A stretch of DNA of 64,000 bases from an uncultured Bacteroidota bacterium (GCA_903883965.1 CAISCU010000035.1:25216-89215); one strand, 5' to 3'; counted from the stretch's first letter, positions 41,993 to 53,053 are shown. The notes: generated by a model from the sequence alone, not told the origin. Numbers and translations: made by a program.

Positions 41993-44294
41993 GATTCGAA
42001 ATTTAATACCAAGATACAGTATTTTTATCATTATCGCTGCACAGTTTTTTGTTCTTTCAAAAAGCAATGCTCAAAACCTGTTCAAAGGAATTGTGAAGGA
42101 CATCACCACTTTAGAACCTATTCCTGGCGTATTGATTACATCCAATAATGGAGGAACCCAAACTGATGAAAAAGGCCATTTTCAATTGACGGTATCACAG
42201 GCAATTTGTACGCTCAATTTCAGGCTCATTGGTTATGAAAACAAATCAATAACAATTGAAACAAAAAACACAAAAGATACTGTATTCGAAGTTTTGATAT
42301 CACCCAGTCGCCAATTATTAGACCAAGTTGTAGTAACTGGAAACAGAAATGAACAAGCTATATCGAGAAGTTCAAGCAGTGTAGAATTAATAGGTGCAAA
42401 ATTAATACTCGACAAAGGCACAACTAGCATAGATAAGTTTTTGAATCAGATTCCATCGGTAAGTGTTTTGGATGGACAAATTAACATTAGAAGTGGCAGT
42501 GGCTGGACTTATGGAGCAGGTTCCAGGGTAATGGTATTGGTAGACGATTTACCCTTTTTAACAGGAGATGCGGGTCAAGTAAAATGGAGTTTGTTGCCTT
42601 TAGAAAACTTGAAACAAGTTGAAGTCATTAAGGGGGCTGGATCTGTATTATATGGATCTGGTGCACTGAATGGGATAATCCATTTTCGCACGCAAATGAG
42701 CAGTGGCAAACCCATCACAAAAATTCAAATGAGCAGTGGATTTTATGACAAACCAGATGGAATTGGTTTGCGCTGGACAACTAAAAACTTAATGAAAAAT
42801 CAAATCAGCGTTTTCCATGCTGCCAAATTAGGGCGTTACCAATATGCATTTTCTAGCAATTACCTCATAGATAATGGCTATAGAATGAGCGATAATGAAG
42901 AGCGCATTCGTTGCAATTTAAATGTACAAACAGCCTTCAACAAAGCCATTAAAATTGGTGTAAATATGGGTGTTTTAAATAGCAAAAGTGAATCATTTTT
43001 ACTATGGGAAAATGACCAAATGGGATATACCGCTCTTGATTCTCAAACCAGTGCCACGCATTCTCAAAGTATCTATTTAGACCCTACTATTTCATTTCAC
43101 CAAAACGGATTTCAACACCGTTTAAAATCGAGGTGGATGTATATCAACAATGAAAACTCAAATGCTGCTCAAAACAATGCTTTTAATCAATTTTATGCCG
43201 AATACCAATTACAAAAAAACTTCATAGCGTATAAATTAAACATTACAACTGGTTTGGTATACAATTCCAATTCCAGCCAAGCCAATTTATATGGTGGATC
43301 AAACACCAGCAATAACAAAGCTGCATTTTTACAAATAGACAAAACTGTCTTAATGGGCTTGCAATTGGGCTTGGGTGCGCGTTATGAATATTTTCAAATG
43401 AATGCTGATGCAACCCAACAACCAGTGTTTAGAGCCGGGTTGAATTATGAACTCACCAAAAGCACCTTTTTGAGGTGTAGCTGGGGACAAGGATTCAGGT
43501 ACCCATCTATTGCAGAGAGATATATCAATGCCAGTGTAGGCAGCATGAACATTTTTGCCAATCCAAATCTAAAAGCTGAATCTGGTTGGAGTGCAGAAAT
43601 AGGTATGAAACAAGGAATGAAATGGGGTGGTTTCAGTGCTTATATTGACTTGGCATATTTTGAAACGCGCTATGCAGATATGACTGAATTCAATTTTGGC
43701 GCATGGAAAACATACAACCCAGCGAACCCTTATACTGCTATTGGATTTAAATCTTTCAATGTAGGAAATACGCGCATCAATGGAATAGATTTGAGCACTG
43801 GATTTCAGTTCAAGAATAAAAATTGGGATATACAAAGTATCATAGGCTATACCTATTCAAAACCATTGATGTTAGACCCTAATTTGGTATTTGCATTTGA
43901 CTCTGCAAGAGGACCTCAAACATTTTTAAGCACCCGTTCTGACAGCACTTTGATTTTAAAATATCGGTTTGAACACCAATTTAAAATTGACCTTTCTGCT
44001 CAATTTAAAAAAGTTGAATTTGGCGTGAGTTACAGGTACAATAGCAGCATACAGAATATTGATATTGCATTTGTTTCTGGTATCATTCCAAGTATGGTTC
44101 CGGGTATTGAAGAAGCAAGAAATAGGCTATATAACAACAGGGCTATTTTTGATTTACGCCTGTTTTTGCATGCCAATCAATACCTAAAAGTTGGTTTCAA
44201 TTGTATTAATTTATTGAATACAGAAATAATGAACAGACCAGCCGATTTAATTGCCCCGAGATTCTATCAATTGCAATTGATGGCTGCGTTTTAA
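41991..44294 (+). CDS. TonB-dependent outer-membrane receptor
   Basis: Signal peptide ending SNAQ from ATG 41991, carboxypeptidase-regulatory-like N-domain, LDQVVVTG, plug IRSGSG..VEVIKGAGSVLYGSGALNG, ANPNLKAE, C-terminal Phe. Confidence 0.93.
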   Translation: MIRNLIPRYSIFIIIAAQFFVLSKSNAQNLFKGIVKDITTLEPIPGVLITSNNGGTQTDEKGHFQLTVSQAICTLNFRLIGYENKSITIETKNTKDTVFEVLISPSRQLLDQVVVTGNRNEQAISRSSSSVELIGAKLILDKGTTSIDKFLNQIPSVSVLDGQINIRSGSGWTYGAGSRVMVLVDDLPFLTGDAGQVKWSLLPLENLKQVEVIKGAGSVLYGSGALNGIIHFRTQMSSGKPITKIQMSSGFYDKPDGIGLRWTTKNLMKNQISVFHAAKLGRYQYAFSSNYLIDNGYRMSDNEERIRCNLNVQTAFNKAIKIGVNMGVLNSKSESFLLWENDQMGYTALDSQTSATHSQSIYLDPTISFHQNGFQHRLKSRWMYINNENSNAAQNNAFNQFYAEYQLQKNFIAYKLNITTGLVYNSNSSQANLYGGSNTSNNKAAFLQIDKTVLMGLQLGLGARYEYFQMNADATQQPVFRAGLNYELTKSTFLRCSWGQGFRYPSIAERYINASVGSMNIFANPNLKAESGWSAEIGMKQGMKWGGFSAYIDLAYFETRYADMTEFNFGAWKTYNPANPYTAIGFKSFNVGNTRINGIDLSTGFQFKNKNWDIQSIIGYTYSKPLMLDPNLVFAFDSARGPQTFLSTRSDSTLILKYRFEHQFKIDLSAQFKKVEFGVSYRYNSSIQNIDIAFVSGIIPSMVPGIEEARNRLYNNRAIFDLRLFLHANQYLKVGFNCINLLNTEIMNRPADLIAPRFYQLQLMAAF

Positions 44295-44596
44295 AATTTC
44301 AACTCCAAAGCCTCTACCACTTTATTTTGGAGAAGATGCTCCTCAAAGATGGTATCAACATCTGCTAAAGTTAATTTCCCGTAATAGGTACCTTCAGGGT
44401 ATATCACCAAAGCTGGACCTTTTGTACAAGCATCCAAACAGCCACTTTTTTGAACGCGAATTTTGGCCTTTAAGCCTGCATCACCGAGTAATGTTCTAAA
44501 TTTTTCTATGATAGCCATGCCATTTTCATTGCCACAACAAGGTTTACCTTCGGCTTTTTGATTGGCACAAACGAAAATGTGTTTTTCGAAACGCAT
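44291..44596 (-). CDS. Thioredoxin-like [2Fe-2S] ferredoxin
   Basis: HIFVC...CC...SGCLDAC..GPALVIYPEG; start revised to ATG 44596 (MRFEKH). Confidence 0.9.
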   Translation of the reverse strand: MRFEKHIFVCANQKAEGKPCCGNENGMAIIEKFRTLLGDAGLKAKIRVQKSGCLDACTKGPALVIYPEGTYYGKLTLADVDTIFEEHLLQNKVVEALELKF

Positions 44597-44669
44597 ATTA
44601 TTTTTATTCAAATTAAGGTGCTTGGAATGAATAAACATGCAATTGGTTAATTTTGCCTCAAAAAAAATT

Positions 44670-44972
44670 ATGTTTGGAAAATTAGCAGAGGCCAAAAAAA
44701 TGGCTGCAGAAATGAAAACTAAAATGGCTGCTATTACTGTAGAATCAGCAGTTTACAACAATCAAATACGTGTAGTAGCAAATGGAAATCGTGAAATAGT
44801 TGATGTAAAAATTGCACCCGAAGCCCTTTTGGAACTCCAGCACCAACAACTAGAACATGCCATAAAAGAAGCTTGTAACCAAGCAATTCAGAGCGCAAAC
44901 AATGTGGCAGAATCAGAAATGAAATCAATGATGGGTGGTATGTTACCAGGATTGGGCAATTTGTTTTCTTAA
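44670..44972 (+). CDS. YbaB/EbfC nucleoid-associated protein
   Basis: AKKM..EMK..MAAITVE, VVANGNREI and MMGGMLPG; start revised to ATG 44670, downstream of the -7 element TAATTTTG at 44648-44655. Confidence 0.88.
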   Translation: MFGKLAEAKKMAAEMKTKMAAITVESAVYNNQIRVVANGNREIVDVKIAPEALLELQHQQLEHAIKEACNQAIQSANNVAESEMKSMMGGMLPGLGNLFS

Positions 44973-45074
44973 TGTATTTGAAATGGTGCAAAGAATCTGA
45001 ATAAAATCATACAGTTGAATCTATAAAAACCAATAAATTCGCATACTTTTTTAGTAATTAAAAACAATACAACT

Positions 45075-47939
45075 ATGTCGCAAATCAAGGCAAATCACCA
45101 GGACGAGTTTATTTTTCGCCATATTTCACCTATGGAGAAAGATACAGATGCCATGCTTAAAACCATTGGCGTTTCTAGTCTGGATCAATTAATTGACGAA
45201 ACAATACCAGCCCACATTAGGCTTAAAAAACGAATGAATTTGCCAGCAGCTTTGACAGAAGCAGAACTTTCTTCTTTGCTGACTGAAATTGCCCATAAAA
45301 ATAAAATTTACACCAATTACTTGGGTCAAGGTTATTATGGCACTTTGACTCCTGGAGTCATTCTTAGAAATATTTTTGAAAACCCAGGTTGGTATACTGC
45401 ATATACCCCTTACCAAGCTGAAATTGCTCAAGGCCGATTAGAAGCCTTACTCAATTACCAAACCATGATCATTGATTTAACTGGAATGGAAATTGCCAAT
45501 GCTTCTCTCTTAGATGAAGGAACCGCTACTGCAGAAGCCATGCACATGTTGTATGCAGAAACAAAAAAAGAAAATGCCAATAAATTTTTTGTTTCATCCT
45601 TGTGTTTTCCTCAAACCATTGATGTATTGAAAACCAGAACAGCACCAATTGGCGTTGAATTGGTAATTGGAAACCATGAAGAAATTGAATTTGATGAAAC
45701 CTATTTTGGCGCACTGCTTCAATATCCGGCCGGAAATGGAGAAGTTTATGATTACCAAAAATTTGTAGAAAAAGCAAAAGCAAAACAAGTATTGGTAGCT
45801 GTAGCAGCTGATTTATTGAGTTTGAGTTTGTTAACCCCTCCGGGTGAATGGGGTGCTGATGTAGTAGTTGGATCGGCTCAAAGATTTGGAGTACCAATGG
45901 GTTACGGCGGGCCTCATGCTGGCTTTTTTGCAACCAAAGATGCATACAAAAGACAAATGCCAGGGCGTTTAATAGGAGTTTCTGTTGACAGCCAAGGCAA
46001 TCATGCCCTGAGAATGGCTTTACAAACTCGAGAACAACACATTAAAAGAGAAAAGGCCACTTCAAATATTTGTACTGCTCAGGTTTTACTTTCTATCATG
46101 GCAGGAATGTATGGTGTATACCATGGACCTGAAGGACTTAAAGGAATTGCTGGAAGAATACATGGATATGCAACGGCTTTGGCAAATACACTCAACAAAG
46201 CTGGTTTGACAGTATTGAATACTTCTTATTTTGACACCTTGTCTATTGAAACAAAGCAAGCATCTCAATTTTACAATGCCTGTTTGGCTGCAGAGATAAA
46301 TATTGCTCTGGTAAATGAACAAACACTTCGCGTATCAATAGATGAAACTCATACACAATCACAATTGAACCAATTGGTTGCAATTTTAACAAACAATCAA
46401 ACAACAACTTGTGATTTTACTGCTGACAATGCTTTACATGCACCTGTGCAGTTACAAAGAAAATCGGCTTTTATGACCCATGAGATTTTCCAAACTAAAC
46501 ACAGCGAACACGATATGCTCAGGTATATCAAACACCTGGAATCTAAAGACCTTTCATTGTGTCATTCTATGATTGCATTGGGCTCTTGTACAATGAAATT
46601 AAATGCAACAGCAGAGATGATTCCTGTAACCATGCCTGGTTTTGGCCAATTGCACCCTTTTATACCAAGAAACCAAGCAAGTGGTTATACTCAAATTTTT
46701 GACGAATTGAGCAGTGCTTTAAAAGAAGTAACCGGATTTGCTGGAATCAGTTTGCAACCAAACGCTGGTGCACAAGGCGAATATGCCGGTTTAATGGTAA
46801 TCAGAGAATACTTTAAACACAAAGGAGAATCTCATAGAAATATTGCCTTGATTCCATCTTCTGCTCATGGCACCAACCCTGCCAGTGCAGCAATGGCTGG
46901 TATGAAAGTGGTTGTTACCAAAACCCTAGAAAATGGCTATGTTGATATTGAAGATTTGAAAGAGAAAGCCATTTTACACAAAGACAACTTGGCTTGCTTA
47001 ATGGTTACTTATCCTTCTACTTACGGCATTTTTGAAGAACAAATAACAGAAATTTGTGAGTTAATTCACCAATTTGGTGGCCAAGTATATATGGATGGTG
47101 CCAATATGAATGCTCAAGTTGGATTGACAAGCCCAGCAAATATTGGAGCCGATGTTTGTCACTTGAACTTGCACAAAACATTCTGTATTCCTCACGGTGG
47201 CGGTGGACCTGGCATGGGCCCAATAGGTGTAGCGGCTCACTTGGTTCCTTTTTTACCAGGACACAGTGTAGTTGACATGCAAGGTGGATCAAGTGCTATG
47301 ACTGCGGTTTCTGCAGCACCTTGGGGCAGTGCATCTATTTTATTAATCTCTTATGCTTATATCCGATTAATGGGTACTGCAGGCTTAGAAAAAGCTACGG
47401 AGTATGCTATTTTAAATGCCAACTACATTAAAGCACGCTTAGAAAAAGATTACCAAATTTTATATGTGGGCAGCAAAGGCAGGTGTGCGCATGAAATGAT
47501 TTTAGACACCCGTGTGTTTAAAGCCAATTCAGGTGTTGAAGCAGAAGACATCGCAAAGCGTTTAATGGATTATGGCTTCCATGCTCCTACCATGAGTTTC
47601 CCAGTTGCTGGAACCATTATGATTGAACCAACAGAAAGTGAGCCTAAATCTGAATTAGATAGGTTTTGCGAGGCCATGCTTCAAATAAAAGCAGAAGTAA
47701 ATGCAATTGCAGAAGGTAAAGCAGATAAAGCAAACAATGTATTGAAGAATGCACCTCATACAGCCATGATGGCAACTGCCGAAGAATGGAATTACCCATA
47801 CAGCAGACAAGAAGCAGTATACCCATTGCCTTATGTAAAACAGGCTAAGTTTTGGCCAAGTGTAGGCCGTGTAAACAATACTCACGGAGACCGAAATTTG
47901 ATTTGTGCTTGTATTCCAATAGAAGCATACCAATCATAA
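45075..47939 (+). CDS. gcvP: Glycine dehydrogenase (glycine cleavage P protein)
   Basis: [39 protein letters not shown] and [16 protein letters not shown] motifs. Confidence 0.98.
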   Translation: MSQIKANHQDEFIFRHISPMEKDTDAMLKTIGVSSLDQLIDETIPAHIRLKKRMNLPAALTEAELSSLLTEIAHKNKIYTNYLGQGYYGTLTPGVILRNIFENPGWYTAYTPYQAEIAQGRLEALLNYQTMIIDLTGMEIANASLLDEGTATAEAMHMLYAETKKENANKFFVSSLCFPQTIDVLKTRTAPIGVELVIGNHEEIEFDETYFGALLQYPAGNGEVYDYQKFVEKAKAKQVLVAVAADLLSLSLLTPPGEWGADVVVGSAQRFGVPMGYGGPHAGFFATKDAYKRQMPGRLIGVSVDSQGNHALRMALQTREQHIKREKATSNICTAQVLLSIMAGMYGVYHGPEGLKGIAGRIHGYATALANTLNKAGLTVLNTSYFDTLSIETKQASQFYNACLAAEINIALVNEQTLRVSIDETHTQSQLNQLVAILTNNQTTTCDFTADNALHAPVQLQRKSAFMTHEIFQTKHSEHDMLRYIKHLESKDLSLCHSMIALGSCTMKLNATAEMIPVTMPGFGQLHPFIPRNQASGYTQIFDELSSALKEVTGFAGISLQPNAGAQGEYAGLMVIREYFKHKGESHRNIALIPSSAHGTNPASAAMAGMKVVVTKTLENGYVDIEDLKEKAILHKDNLACLMVTYPSTYGIFEEQITEICELIHQFGGQVYMDGANMNAQVGLTSPANIGADVCHLNLHKTFCIPHGGGGPGMGPIGVAAHLVPFLPGHSVVDMQGGSSAMTAVSAAPWGSASILLISYAYIRLMGTAGLEKATEYAILNANYIKARLEKDYQILYVGSKGRCAHEMILDTRVFKANSGVEAEDIAKRLMDYGFHAPTMSFPVAGTIMIEPTESEPKSELDRFCEAMLQIKAEVNAIAEGKADKANNVLKNAPHTAMMATAEEWNYPYSRQEAVYPLPYVKQAKFWPSVGRVNNTHGDRNLICACIPIEAYQS

Positions 47940-47947
47940 AAATTCAT

Positions 47948-47978
47948 AAAAAAGGAGGTCAATTGGCCTCCTTTTTTT
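47948..47978 (+). terminator. Intrinsic terminator after gcvP (probably bidirectional with gldB)
   Basis: A6-GGAGGUC-AAUU-GGCCUCC-U7. Confidence 0.88.
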
Positions 47979-49005
47979 ATGGTTTTGGGTGGTATTTACT
48001 TTTCTTGATCAGTTCGTCCCAGTTGTTGTTGTTCATGAGCGTATTTAAATCAACAGATTCATTGGCTAAATATGCTTGTATAATTTGATAGCCAATGTAT
48101 GTGCCAATAGATGGGGCTGACTCTGCCGGCACACCTGGAGCAGATGTAAATGGCCCATCGTTGAAATAACGCAGATTTTTTGCCGCTTCTTTGCTATACA
48201 ATAACTTTTCTTGAATCAAATGAGCCCAAATTAATGCTTCATTTTCTTTACACCATTTGAGCTGATCGGCACTGATGCCAAATACCAAAGTATCTGGTGT
48301 ATTGGGTAATAATGTTTTTACAAAATGCTTCATCTTACCTTCAAACAGCATCATGGCAAGAAAACGCTTGTCGGTAACTTGTTGTTCATACCTCGAAAAA
48401 CCTAAAGCTTTAATGGTGTTTGGAACCAAATAAGCCCGTTGTAGTTTTTTAATCATAAATGCAGGAAACTCTAAGGCTGAATATACCGGATAATTGGCAC
48501 CTAAATACAAATCCAAGCCAATGCCAATGATGGTATCATAAGCCACATTTGCATACCCAAATTCTGAAATAAAACTCACCAAATGTACTGGTGCTGCATT
48601 TGGAATTTCTTTTTGATAAATGGCCAATGCTTCAGAGAATGCTTGTTCTTCAGGTTCTAAATTCACAAACACACTATCTACTTCTTTTTTCAATTGCAAT
48701 ATACCAGGGTATTGCACAAATGAAAGCAATGGTTTACTGAAATGGTTGGCAGAATCAGCCATTGGAATATTGATGATGTCTGTACAAAAGGACTGATAAA
48801 AACCAGCATATTGCTGAAATAATTGATCAAAATGTGTTTGTTCGTATGACTTGTTTTTTAAGAATAAATCTTGGTCAAATCTGGTAATTTTTATAGCTAA
48901 ATCTGATTGGGGTTGATTTTGCTGACAGGCATTTATACTCAGTAAAAACAAAGCGCTCATTAAAAAAAACAAATACTGACTTTTGCGTACTATCTTTTTA
49001 TTCAT
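47977..49005 (-). CDS. gldB: Gliding motility lipoprotein GldB
   Basis: Lipobox INA-C, ITRFDQDLF, IGLDLYLG, EGK, WC.ENE..IW, DGPFT and G.YIGYQI motifs. Confidence 0.82.
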   Translation of the reverse strand: MNKKIVRKSQYLFFLMSALFLLSINACQQNQPQSDLAIKITRFDQDLFLKNKSYEQTHFDQLFQQYAGFYQSFCTDIINIPMADSANHFSKPLLSFVQYPGILQLKKEVDSVFVNLEPEEQAFSEALAIYQKEIPNAAPVHLVSFISEFGYANVAYDTIIGIGLDLYLGANYPVYSALEFPAFMIKKLQRAYLVPNTIKALGFSRYEQQVTDKRFLAMMLFEGKMKHFVKTLLPNTPDTLVFGISADQLKWCKENEALIWAHLIQEKLLYSKEAAKNLRYFNDGPFTSAPGVPAESAPSIGTYIGYQIIQAYLANESVDLNTLMNNNNWDELIKKSKYHPKP

Positions 49006-49069
49006 GTTTCAAAATTACGCGTAAAAACATTGAAAAAATCCATTAATTTTGGTACTCAATAAAGGATTT

Positions 49070-50716
49070 GTGAAAATAACATTGGCACAACTGAATTACC
49101 ATCCCGGTAATTTTGAACTCAATACACATAAAATGCTTGAAGCCATTGCTCAAGCCAAGTTAGAAGGTTCTCAACTCATTGTATTTGCAGAATTAGCAAC
49201 CTGTGGATACCCTGCCAAAGACCTATTGGATTTTGATTCATTTATAGAAAAAGCAACAGCTGCAATAGCTATAATTGCTCCTGCATGTGATGGCATAGCG
49301 GCTATAATTGGCACACCTGTTTTTAATCAATTAGGTAAAGGAAAAAGACTGTTCAATGCAGCAGTAGTCATAGAACATCAAAAAGTTACTCATACCATTC
49401 ATAAAACCTTACTTCCAACCTACGATATTTTTGACGAGTACCGCTATTTTGAACCTGCTGCAACTTGTGAAATAGTAAAGGTGATGGGGGTAAAAGTGGC
49501 CTTAACCATATGTGAAGATTTATGGAATTTAGACGACGTTTCTTTGTACCAGTCAAGCCCAATGGAATATTTGAGTCAGTTCAATCCAGACTTGATTATT
49601 AATATTGCAGCATCGCCATTTTCAAATACCCAACAAGAAACAAGGCATCAAGTTATTCAAAGAAATGCTTTGAAATACCAATTGCCAATTATTTATGTCA
49701 ACCAAATTGGTGCACAAACTGATTTGATATTTGATGGTGGCTCTTTTGTAATGAATGCACAAGGTGAAACCATCGCCAGCTTGAAATTATTTGAAGAAGA
49801 ATTACAAACTTTTGAATTTGACGGCAAACAGTTCAATTTAACCAAAATTGAAAATTTAGAACCAACAAAAGATTTGTCAATTGCAAATATTGAACAGGCT
49901 TTGGTATTGGGCATTCAAGATTATTTTAACAAACTCAATTTTAAAAAAGCAATCATTGGTTTGTCGGGAGGCATAGATTCTGCGCTGGTGCTTTATTTAG
50001 CAGCCAAAGCATTGGGGAATGAAAATGTATTGGCTGTTTTGCTTCCTTCAAAATACAGCAGCGATCACTCTGTAACAGATGCATTAAAAATGGTTCAAAC
50101 TTTACAAGTTCAACACCATATTATTTCAATTGAAGAACAAGTAAATGCCATTGAACATACCTTAGAACCCTATTTTAAAGGAACAGAATTGGGCATTGCA
50201 GAAGAAAATATTCAATCAAGAGCAAGGGCCATTTTACTCATGGCATTGAGCAATAAGTTTGGTTATATTTTACTGAACACTTCAAACAAAAGTGAATTGG
50301 CCGTTGGCTATGGCACCTTGTATGGAGACATGTGCGGAGGTCTTTCTGTGATTGGTGATTTGTACAAAACTGAGGTGTATGAATTGTGTAATTACATTAA
50401 CAGGGAGCAAGAAATGATTCCACAAAACATTATTAGTAAAGAACCTTCTGCAGAATTAAGACCAAACCAAAAAGATACCGATAGCCTTCCTGCTTATGAG
50501 GTATTGGATGGTATTTTGAAATGCTATATAGAAGAAAATAAAGGTATAAATGAACTAGTTAATCAAGGCTATGCACCTGAATTGGCTCAACGCATTTTAA
50601 AAATGGTAAATGCCAATGAATGGAAAAGATGGCAAGCTCCTCCTGTTTTAAGGGTATCGCCAAAAGCATTTGGAACCGGCAGAAAAATGCCTATTGAAGG
50701 TGTTTATTCTTTGTAA
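49070..50716 (+). CDS. nadE: Glutamine-dependent NAD+ synthetase
   Basis: Nitrilase domain (EL..CGYP, K..LP.Y..FDE.RYF, ICEDLW) plus GLSGGIDS, ENIQSR, NKSE and PSAELRP; probable GTG start at 49070. Confidence 0.95.
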   Translation: MKITLAQLNYHPGNFELNTHKMLEAIAQAKLEGSQLIVFAELATCGYPAKDLLDFDSFIEKATAAIAIIAPACDGIAAIIGTPVFNQLGKGKRLFNAAVVIEHQKVTHTIHKTLLPTYDIFDEYRYFEPAATCEIVKVMGVKVALTICEDLWNLDDVSLYQSSPMEYLSQFNPDLIINIAASPFSNTQQETRHQVIQRNALKYQLPIIYVNQIGAQTDLIFDGGSFVMNAQGETIASLKLFEEELQTFEFDGKQFNLTKIENLEPTKDLSIANIEQALVLGIQDYFNKLNFKKAIIGLSGGIDSALVLYLAAKALGNENVLAVLLPSKYSSDHSVTDALKMVQTLQVQHHIISIEEQVNAIEHTLEPYFKGTELGIAEENIQSRARAILLMALSNKFGYILLNTSNKSELAVGYGTLYGDMCGGLSVIGDLYKTEVYELCNYINREQEMIPQNIISKEPSAELRPNQKDTDSLPAYEVLDGILKCYIEENKGINELVNQGYAPELAQRILKMVNANEWKRWQAPPVLRVSPKAFGTGRKMPIEGVYSL

Positions 50717-50717
50717 C

Positions 50718-52046
50718 TTAAGACCTGTACAAATTCATGACAGTAATTTCGGGTAATATACCTACCCTACCCGGATAGCCTAAAAAGCCAAAGCCCCTGT
50801 TCACATAAATTTTCTGATTTCCTTTTTCATATAAATCGGCCCATTGCTCATACATGTATTGAGAAGGGCTCCATCTAATAGGACCAAACTCTACACCAAA
50901 CTGGAAACCATGGGTATGACCCGAAAAAGTAATATCAATGTCTTGGTGTTCCACACTCACTATTTTTTCAAAATGACTTGGATCATGAGACATTAACAAT
51001 TTAACAGGAACTGCTGGCATACCCTGAATGGCCTTATTGATATCTCCCAACCTTTGAAAACGGGCTTTATCGCCCCAATTTTCTACGCCTATTAGGGCTA
51101 TCTGTTGGCCTTCTCTTTCTAACAAAACATGTTGGTTCCTGAGCAATTGCCATCCCATATCTTTGTGTACGGCTAGTAATTCATTAAAATTGGCTTCTTT
51201 TTCTTCTGGGTTTTTCCAATTGTTGACGTAGTCGCCATAATCGTGGTTTCCTAATATGGAATACACCCCCATTGGTGCTGTAATTTCAGCAAATAAAGAT
51301 TTCCATTCTTGTGCCTCTTCAGCTTTGTTATTAACCAAATCACCCGTAAACAAAACCAAATCGGCATTTTGTTCTTTGATCAACTGAATACCTCTTGCAA
51401 CAGCTGCCCTGTCTAAGAAACTGCCACAATGGATGTCTGAAATTTGCAATATTTTAATGCCATCAAATGATGCGGGCAAATTGGGCAATACCACATCTAA
51501 ACTTCTTACTTGGTAATTGTATGCACCGCGGTACATACCCCTGGTTAATAAAACAAATGGAACAGCACTTGAAATCAAGCCTGCTTTGGCCAAAAATTCA
51601 GACCTGTTCATTTGCAAAGCAGTTGGTTGAATATTATCTGCTATCACTTCTTCCATTTCGTCGGTTAAGTCATGTTTAACAACTTTTTTATTTTTGCTAA
51701 ATACCAAACGAAACAAATGGTGTTGGGTCCACTTTAAACCTCTTTTTAAATCGTCGGCTAAAAGAAACAAAAACACCAACAATTTTGCACTGTATAAGAC
51801 CATTAAAAACCCTTGAAAATAGGTTCTAAAATATTTGTATTGATTGAATGTATCGTTAAATAAAAACAAAGCAAACAATAACAAAATAATGATTGGCAAC
51901 ACCCAATACACATAAAACAAACGTTTCTTAAAACGTGCTGTTCGGTTTTTAACAATGGTTTTGAAAGCTTGCCATACATAACTGTCTATGAGAAATGCAG
52001 TCAAACAGAAAAAAAATAGTATTCTTAATTTAAACGCCAGCATCAA
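50718..52046 (-). CDS. Membrane-anchored metallophosphoesterase (YkuE/YaeI-like)
   Basis: Three N-terminal TM segments; SDIH, GDLVN, GNHD, SHDP and GHTHG motifs. Confidence 0.92.
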   Translation of the reverse strand: MMLAFKLRILFFFCLTAFLIDSYVWQAFKTIVKNRTARFKKRLFYVYWVLPIIILLLFALFLFNDTFNQYKYFRTYFQGFLMVLYSAKLLVFLFLLADDLKRGLKWTQHHLFRLVFSKNKKVVKHDLTDEMEEVIADNIQPTALQMNRSEFLAKAGLISSAVPFVLLTRGMYRGAYNYQVRSLDVVLPNLPASFDGIKILQISDIHCGSFLDRAAVARGIQLIKEQNADLVLFTGDLVNNKAEEAQEWKSLFAEITAPMGVYSILGNHDYGDYVNNWKNPEEKEANFNELLAVHKDMGWQLLRNQHVLLEREGQQIALIGVENWGDKARFQRLGDINKAIQGMPAVPVKLLMSHDPSHFEKIVSVEHQDIDITFSGHTHGFQFGVEFGPIRWSPSQYMYEQWADLYEKGNQKIYVNRGFGFLGYPGRVGILPEITVMNLYRS

Positions 52047-53053
52047 TATCCTCTTTTTATGATTCCGTACCCAATTCGAGTTCCTGTATATTGGTCAATG
52101 GGTGCATTTTGCAATATCTGTTCTATTTGTTCTAATGAGTCGGGTGAGAGTTCAACAGCCAACGATTGCATATTGTTTTCTATTTGCTCTGGTTTAGAAG
52201 CTCCGGTTATGCAAGTACTGATTGGAGATTTGGTTAAAATCCAAGCCAATGCCAAAGCCGATAAACTGCAGCCCAATTCATTGGCTACTGCCAATAATTG
52301 GTTTTGCTTGTCAAAGTATTCCTCATTCATGCGTTTAACGGGAAACCAGTTTTTCATAGTCTCACTCGCCAAACGGCTGTCTTCAGGAATTGTGTTGGCT
52401 TGGTATTTCCCTGTTAACAAGCCTTGAGCCAGAGGGGAATAAACCAAAAGTCCTAAATTTTCTTGCTCACAAACATTCATGACATCTACTTCTAAACTTC
52501 TGTTGAGCATATTGTATACCGGCTGATTGGAGATGGGTTTTCTCCAGTTGTTCTTTTCACAAATTCTAAGCGCGTTGGTAATTTGAACTGCAGACCATTG
52601 ACTCACTCCCCAATGCAAAATGTATCCCCGTTCAATTAAATTATGCATGGCATAACACGTTTCTTCAAGTGGGGTATCAATATCGTATCGGTGACATTGG
52701 TACAGATCTATGTAGTCTGTTTTAAGCCTTTGTAAAGAAGCCTCACAAGCATTTCTGATATGTCTGAGAGAAAGTCCTTGTGCCATCCAATGCTCGTCCA
52801 TTGGGCCAAACACTTTTGTACCAATAATGAGTTGTTCTCTTTGGATGGTTCTTAAATAATCGCCAACTACTTTTTCACATTCACCTCTGTTATACATGTC
52901 GGCAGTATCAATGAAATTAATACCCGAATCTATGGCTTTATCAAAACATGCAAATGCAGTTTCTTTAGAAATACCCATACCTGTTGTTAGCCAAGTACCT
53001 ATACTCATTTCTGATACGAGTAGCCCTGAATTGCCTATTTTTCTGTATTTCAT
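52043..53053 (-). CDS. Aldo/keto reductase (Kv-beta-like subfamily)
   Basis: GNSGLLVS, IDTADMY, SLQRLKTDYIDLYQCH and YSPLAQGLLTGKY motifs. Confidence 0.93.
   Translation of the reverse strand: MKYRKIGNSGLLVSEMSIGTWLTTGMGISKETAFACFDKAIDSGINFIDTADMYNRGECEKVVGDYLRTIQREQLIIGTKVFGPMDEHWMAQGLSLRHIRNACEASLQRLKTDYIDLYQCHRYDIDTPLEETCYAMHNLIERGYILHWGVSQWSAVQITNALRICEKNNWRKPISNQPVYNMLNRSLEVDVMNVCEQENLGLLVYSPLAQGLLTGKYQANTIPEDSRLASETMKNWFPVKRMNEEYFDKQNQLLAVANELGCSLSALALAWILTKSPISTCITGASKPEQIENNMQSLAVELSPDSLEQIEQILQNAPIDQYTGTRIGYGIIKRGY

Noticed and set aside
44973-45074. Glycine riboswitch upstream of gcvP
   Set aside because: The spacer is only 102 bp, AT-rich, and lacks the GGAGA...CCGAAG...CUCUCAGG core.
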